Translations under genes and position numbers: made by a program
Notes under the pieces: generated by a model
What the model saw: only the letters and a program-made list of their open reading frames with translations
What the model was told of the DNA's origin: nothing
The model's database searches: none
Assembly: GCF_001194135.2 (NCBI RefSeq)
Contig: NC_068985.1
Span: forward strand, 97,461,973-97,525,972
Direction of reading: 5' to 3'
Origin: Octopus bimaculoides
Taxonomy: Eukaryota
DNA: 64,000 bases
Shown: positions 63,229 through 64,000 of the stretch, in pieces
Layout: every line of letters starts with the position of its first letter
How positions within the stretch are numbered: position 1 is the first letter of the stretch

Positions 63229-64000
63229 ACTATTGTATGATGCAAAATTTATCCAGCACATCTTCGTCACCTCAAGGGAAAGATGCAGGGCTGCATTAAG
63301 CCCCATCGACGCCTTAAGCATTTAAAAGATTTTGGTACCCCCGTATATTTGTAATTCAAAATNNNNNNNNNNNNNNNNNNNNNNNNNNNNNNNNNNNNNN
63401 NNNNNNNNNNNNNNNNNNNNNNNNNNNNNNNNNNNNNNNNNNNNNNNNNNNNNNNNNNNNNNNNNNNNNNNNNNNNNNNNNNNNNNNNNNNNNNNNNNNN
63501 NNNNNNNNNNNNNNNNNNNNNNNNNNNNNNNNNNNNNNNNNNNNNNNNNNNNNNNNNNNNNNNNNNTTTTACTCTTTTACTTGTTTCAGTCATTTGACTG
63601 CGGCCATGCTGGAGCACCGTTTTTAGTCGAGCAAATCGACCCCAGGACTTATTCTTTTGTAAGCCTAGTACTTATTCTATCGGTGTCTTTTGCCGAACCG
63701 CTGGATTACGGGGGATGTAAACACACCACCATCGGTTGTCAAGCGATGTTGGGGGGACAAACACAGACACACAAACACACATACACATATATACATATAT
63801 ATACGACGGGCTTCTTTCAGTTTCCGTCTACCAAATTCACTCACAAAGCTTTGGTCGGCCCGAGGCTATAGTAGAAGACACTTACCCAAGGTGCCACGCA
63901 GTAGGACTGAACCCAGAACTATGTGGTTGGTAAACAAGCTACTTACCACACAGCCACGAAAAGTTTTCTCCTACTTTTTTAAATTGCAGTCTTTGATCAG

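Overview
AT-rich, microsatellite- and retroelement-saturated eukaryotic DNA with several N gaps. The repeat families resemble Octopus-type cephalopod SINE/RTE repeats (inference). Three complete multi-exon genes can be assembled by hand with GT-AG junctions and consistent phases. (1) RSPH1 (+, 7 coding exons, 13135-23647, 300 aa, MORN-repeat radial spoke head protein) has an RFX X-box just upstream. (2) NKAPD1/C11orf57 (-, 4 coding exons, 39442-30677, 337 aa). (3) PIH1D2 (+, 5 coding exons, 47443-53042, 329 aa). NKAPD1 and PIH1D2 are head-to-head around a CpG-richer 43.4-44.4 kb segment, the same arrangement as in human 11q23.1. The rest is decayed transposable elements: RTE, CR1, Tx1/L1, R4/Dong-like and other RLE-type LINEs, Penelope-like fragments, a full-length SINE-interrupted Tc1, hAT and piggyBac-type MITEs, and three tRNA-derived SINE families. 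There is also a perfect 87-bp-arm palindrome, a 41/33-bp minisatellite, and unexplained exon-like unique sequence at 54.3-61.2 kb. Most entries in the ORF track are gap or microsatellite artefacts.
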